Shown: piece after piece, positions 58,049 to 64,000 of the stretch
Position numbering within the stretch: position 1 is the stretch's first letter
How the letters are laid out: every line of letters starts with the position of its first letter
Origin: Eledone cirrhosa
Lineage: Eukaryota
Direction of reading: 5' to 3'
Assembly: GCA_964016885.1 (NCBI GenBank)
Contig: OZ024741.1
Coordinates: 22,382,001-22,446,000, forward strand
Length of the DNA: 64,000 bases
Notes under the pieces: model-generated
What the model saw: the letters and a program-made list of their open reading frames with translations, nothing else
What the model was told of the DNA's origin: nothing
Databases searched by the model: none
Program-made: the position numbers and the translations under genes

Positions 58049-61000
58049 ATAATGAAAGACACTGTCTATTGCATTAACCCTTTCATTACCATATGTCTAA
58101 TAAAAGACACTATCTATGTCATTAACCCTTTCATTACCATATTTCTAATGAAAGACACTACCTATGTCATTAACCCTTTCATTACCATATTTCTAATGAA
58201 AGACACTGCCTATGTCATTAACCCTTTCATTACCATATTTCTAATGAAAGACACTGTCTATGTCATTAACCCTTTCATTACCATATTTCTAATGAAAGAC
58301 ACTGTCTATGTCATTAACCCTTTCATTACCATATTTCTAATGAAAGACACTGTCTATGTCATTAACCCTTTCATTACCATATTTCTAATGAAAGACACTG
58401 TCTATGTCATTAACCCTTTCATTACCATATTTCTAATGAAAGACACTACCTATGCCATTAACCCTTTCATTACCATATTTCTAATGAAAGACACTACCTA
58501 TGTCATTAACCCTTTCATTACCATATTTCTAATGAAAGACACTACCTATGTCATTAACCCTTTCATTACCATATTTCAAATGAAAGACACTACCTATGTC
58601 ATTAACCCTTTCATTACCATATTTCTAATGAAAGACACTGTCTATTGCATTAACCCTTTCATTACCATATTTCTAATGCAAGACACTACCTATGTCATTA
58701 CCCCTTTCATTACCATATTTCTAATGAAAGACACTGTCTATGTCATTAACCCTTTCATTACCATATTTCTAATGAAAGACACTGTCTATGTCATTAACGC
58801 TTTCATTACCATATGTCTAATGAAAGACACTACATATGTTCTTAACCCTTTCATTACCATATTTCTAATGAAAGACACTACCTATGTCATTAACCCTTTC
58901 ATTACCATATTTCTAATGAAAGACACTGTCTATTGCATTAACCCTTTCATTACCATATTTCTAATGAAAGACACTGTCTATATCATTAACCCTTTCATTA
59001 CCATATGTCTAATGAAAGACACTGCCTATGTCATTAACCCTTTCATTACAATATTTCTAATGAAAGACACTGTCTATGTCATTAACCCTTTCATTACCAT
59101 ATGTCTACTGAAAGACACTGTCTATGTCATTAACCCTTTCATTACCATATTTCTAATGAAAGACACTGTCTATTGCATTAACCCTTTCATTACCATATTT
59201 CTAATGCAAGACACTACCTATGTCATTACCCCTTTCATTACCATATTTCTAATGAAAGACACTGTCTATGTCATTAACCCTTTCATTACCATATTTCTAA
59301 TGAAAGACACTGTCTATGTCATTAACCCTTTCATTACCATATGTCTAATGAAAGACACTACATATGTTCTTAACCCTTTCATTACCATATTTCTAATGAA
59401 AGACACTACCTATGTCATTAACCCTTTCATTACCATATTTCTAATGAAAGACACTGTCTATGTCATTAACCCTTTCATTACCAAATTTCTAATGAAAGAC
59501 ACTACCTATGTCATTAACCCTTTCATTACCATATTTATAATGAAAGACACTGTCTATTGCATTAACCCTTTCATTACCATATTTCTAATGAAAGACACTG
59601 TTATATCATTAACCCTTTCATTACCATATGTCTAATGAAAGACACTGCCTATGTCATTAACGCTTTCATTACAATATTTCTAATGAAAGAGACTGTCTAT
59701 GTCATTAACCCTTTCATTACCATATGTCTACTGAAAGACACTGTCTATGTCATTAACCCTTTCATTACCATATTTCTAATGAATGACACTAGCTATGTCA
59801 TTAACCCTTTCATTACCATATTTCTAATGAAAGACACTACCTATGTCATTAACCCTTTCATTACCATATTTCTAATGAAAGACACTGTCTATGTCATTAA
59901 CCCTTTCATTACCATATTTCTAATGAAAGACACTACCTATGTCATTAACCCTTTCATTACCATATTTCTAATGAAAGACACTACCTATGTCATTAACCCT
60001 TTCATTACCATATTTCTAATGAAAGACACTGTCTATGTCATTAACCCTTTCATTACCATATTTCTAATAAAAGACACTACCTATGTCATTAACCCTTTCA
60101 TTACCATATTTATAATGAAAGACACTGTCTATTGCATTAACCCTTTCATTACCATATTTCTAATGAAAGACACTGCCTATGTCATTCACCCTTTCATTAC
60201 CATATTTCTAATGAAAGACACTGTCTATGTCATTAACCCTTTCATTACCATATTTATAATGAAAGACACTGCCTATGTCATTAATCCTTTCTTTACCATA
60301 TTTCTAATGAAAGACACTGCCTATGTCATTAACCCTTTCATTACAATATTTCTAATGAAAGAGACTGTCTATGTCATTAACCCTTTCATTACCATATGTC
60401 TACTGAAAGACACTGTCTATATCATTAAGCCTTTCATTACCATATTTCTAATGAAAGACACTACCTATGTCATTAACCCTTTCATTACCATATTTATAAT
60501 GAAAGACACTGTCTATTGCATTAACCCTTTCATTACCATATTTCTAATGAAAGACACTGTTATATCATTAACCCTTTCATTACCATATGTCTAATGAAAG
60601 ACACTGCCTATGTCATTAACCCTTTCATTACAATATTTCTAATGAAAGAGACTGTCTATGTCATGAACCCTTTCATTACCATATGTCTACTGAAAGACAC
60701 TGTCTATGTCATTAACCCTTTCATTACCAGATTTCTAATGAATGACACTAGCTATGTCATTAACCCTTTCATTACCATATTTCTAATGAAAGACACTACC
60801 TATGTCATTAACCCTTTCATTACCATATTTCTAATGAAAGACACTGTCTATGTCATTAACCCTTTCATTACCATATTTCTAATGAAAGACACTGTCTATG
60901 TCATTAACCCTTTCATTACCATATTTCTAATGAAAGACACTACCTATGTCATTACCCCTTTCATTACCATATTTCTAATGAAAGACACTACCTATGTCAT

Positions 61001-64000
61001 TAACCCTTTCATTACCATATTTCTAATGAAAGACACTGTCTATGTCATTAACGCTTTCATTACCATATGTCTAATGAAAGACACTACATATGTTCTTAAC
61101 CCTTTCATAACCATATTTCTAATGAAAGACACTACCTATGTCATTAACCCTTTCATTAGCATATTTCTAATGAAAGACACTGTCTATGTCATTAACCCTT
61201 TCATTACCATATTTCTAATGAAAGACACTACCTATGTCATTAAGCCTTTCATTACCATATTTATAATGAAAGAGACTGTCTATGTCATTAACCCTTTCAT
61301 TAACATATGTCTACTGAAAGACACTGTCTATGTCATTAACCCTTTCATTACCATATTTCTAATGAAAGACACTGTCTATTGCATTAACCCTTTCATTACC
61401 ATATTTCTAATGCAAGACACTACCTATGTCATTACCCCTTTCATTACCATATTTCTAATGAAAGACACTGTCTATGTCATTAACCCTTTCATTACCATAT
61501 TTCTAATGAAAGACACTGTCTATGTCATTAACCCTTTCATTACCATATTTCTAATGAAAGACACTACCTATGTCATTAACCCTTTCATTTCCATATTTCT
61601 AATGAAAGACACTATCTATGTCATTAACCCTTTCATTACCATATTTATAATGAAAGACACTGTCTATTGCATTAACCCTTTCATTACCATATTTCTAATG
61701 AAAGACACTGTCTATATCATTAACCCTTTCATTACCATATGTCTAATGAAAGACACTGCCTATGTCATTAACCCTTTCATTACAATATTTCTAATGAAAG
61801 AGACTGTCTATGTCATTAACCCTTTCATTACCATATGTCTACTGAAAGACACTGTCTATGTCATTAACCCTTTCATTACCATATTTCTAATGAAAGACAC
61901 TGTCTATTGCATTAACCCTTTCATTACCATATTTCTAATGCAAGACACTACCTATGTCATTACCCCTTTCATTACCATATGTCTACTGAAAGACACTGTC
62001 TATGTCATTAACCCTTTCATTACCATATTTCTAATGAAAGACACTGTCTATGTCATTAACCCTTTCATTACCATATGTCTAATGAAAGACACTACATATG
62101 TTCTTAACCCTTTCATTACCATATTTCTAATGAAAGACACTACCTATGTCATTAACCCTTTCATTATCATATTTCTAATGAAAGACACTACCTATGTCAT
62201 TAACCTTTCATTACCATATTTCGAATGAAAGACACTACCTATGTCATTAACCCTTTCATTACCATATATCTAATGAAAGACACTGTCTATGTCATTAACC
62301 CTTTCATTACCATATGACTACTGAAAGACACTGTCTATGTCATTAACCCTTTCATTACCAGATGTCTCATGAAAGACACTGTGTATGTCATTAACCCTTT
62401 CATTACCATATTTCTAATGAAAGACACTGTCTATGTCATTAACCCTTTCATTACCATATTTCTAATGAAAGACACTACCTATGTCATTAACCCTTTCATT
62501 ACCATATTTCTAATGAAAGACACTGCCTATGTCATTAACCCTTTCATTACCATATTTCTAATGAAAGACACTGTCTATGTCATTAACCATTTCATTACCA
62601 TATGTCTAATAAAAGACACTATCTATGTCATTAACCCTTTCATTACCATATTTCTAATGAAAGACACTACCTATGTCATTAACCCTTTCATTACCATATT
62701 TCTAATGAAAGACACTGCCTATGTCATTAACCCTTTCATTACCATATTTCTAATGAAAGACACTGTCTATGTCATTAACCCTTTCATTACCATATTTCTA
62801 ATGAAAGACACTACCTATGCCATTAATCCTTTCATTACCATATTTCTAATGAAAGACACTACCTATGTCATTAACCCTTTCATTACCATATTTCTAATGA
62901 AAGACACTACCTATGTCATTAACCCTTTCATTACCATATTTCAAATGAAAGACACTACCTATGTCATTAACCCTTTCATTACCATATTTCTAATGAAAGA
63001 CACTGTCTATTGCATTAACCCTTTCATTACCATATTTCTAATGCAAGACACTACCTATGTCATTACCCCTTTCATTACCATATTTCTAATGAAAGACACT
63101 GTCTATGTCATTAACCCTTTCATTACCATATTTCTAATGAAAGACACTGTCTATGTCATTAACGCTTTCATTACCATATGTCTAATGAAAGACACTACAT
63201 ATGTTCTTAACCCTTTCATTACCATATTTCTAATGAAAGACACTACCTATGTCATTAACCCTTTCATTACCATATTTCTAATGAAAGACACTGTCTATTG
63301 CATTAACCCTTTCATTACCATATTTCTAATGAAAGACACTGTCTATATCATTAACCCTTTCATTACCATATGTCTAATGAAAGACACTGCCTATGTCATT
63401 AACCCTTTCATTACAATATTTCTAATGAAAGACACTGTCTATGTCATTAACCCTTTCATTACCATATGTCTACTGAAAGACACTGTCTATGTCATTAACC
63501 CTTTCATTACCATATTTCTAATGAAAGACACTGTCTATTGCATTAACCCTTTCATTACCATATTTCTAATGCAAGACACTACCTATGTCATTACCCCTTT
63601 CATTACCATATTTCTAATGAAAGACACTGTCTATGTCATTAACCCTTTCATTACCATATTTCTAATGAAAGACACTGTCTATGTCATTAACCCTTTCATT
63701 ACCATATGTCTAATGAAAGACACTACATATGTTCTTAACCCTTTCATTACCATATTTCTAATGAAAGACACTACCTATGTCATTAACCCTTTCATTACCA
63801 TATTTCTAATGAAAGACACTGTCTATGTCATTAACCCTTTCATTACCAAATTTCTAATGAAAGACACTACCTATGTCATTAACCCTTTCATTACCATATT
63901 TATAATGAAAGACACTGTCTATTGCATTAACCCTTTCATTACCATATTTCTAATGAAAGACACTGTTATATCATTAACCCTTTCATTACCATATGTCTAA

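Larger units (their letters stand above)
1..64000. repeat. 48-bp tandem satellite DNA array (~1334 monomers, single orientation, runs off both window edges)
   Basis: The unit ATGAAAGACACT(GTC/ACC)TATGTCATTAACCCTTTCATTACCATATTTCTA recurs every 48 bp (ATG at 15, 63, 111 ...). Monomers typically differ from the consensus by 0-3 substitutions. The phase slips total 47 bp, giving (63985+47)/48 = 1334 units. Confidence 0.99.
34200..64000. repeat. Right sub-array (variant domain B)
   Basis: Markers seen only here: TATGCCATT (from ~34230), ATTTCC (from ~34488), ATTATCATA, CATATGACTA (from ~35117), GTCAATAAC and ACCAAATTT (from ~43414). The boundary is approximate. Confidence 0.85.

Noticed and set aside
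15-64000. About 45 long + strand ORFs as real genes or a translationally coupled operon
   Set aside because: They are translations of a 48-bp unit. There are no unique N- or C-terminal domains or intergenic signals, many variants are non-synonymous, and frameshifts and stops are amplified with the blocks.
1-64000. CRISPR array (palindromic repeat with regular period)
   Set aside because: There are no unique spacers: the sequence between the dyads is as conserved as the dyads. No cas genes or leader are present.
1-64000. Pure sequencing or assembly artefact (concatemer)
   Set aside because: The variants form consistent, hierarchically shared haplotype blocks rather than random errors. Individual near-identical duplications still need read validation.

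Overview
The whole 64-kb window is one uninterrupted head-to-tail array of a 48-bp satellite, consensus ATGAAAGACACT(GTC/ACC)TATGTCATTAACCCTTTCATTACCATATTTCTA. It is about 31% GC, has a strong C>G skew on the + strand and has no CpG in the consensus. Following the ATG phase from 15 to 63999 gives about 1334 monomers, of which 43 are 46-47 bp deletion variants. I saw no unique sequence, inversion or insertion. The long + strand ORFs are best explained as artefacts: the unit is 16 codons with one stop-free frame, and frameshifts and stops are copied along with the repeat. The real structure is at three levels. (i) Inside the monomer: a 9-bp inverted repeat, a cryptic 24+24 dimer and a TTAA|CCCT motif resembling a piggyBac end. 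(ii) Nested multi-monomer duplications with offsets of 17, 19, 44, 60, 69, 86, 91, 101 and 141 monomers. (iii) Two variant-defined domains meeting at about 33-35 kb. I cannot name the organism or the satellite family, and I found no convincing gene-based system. Counts and boundaries were read by eye with the ORF track and should be confirmed computationally.
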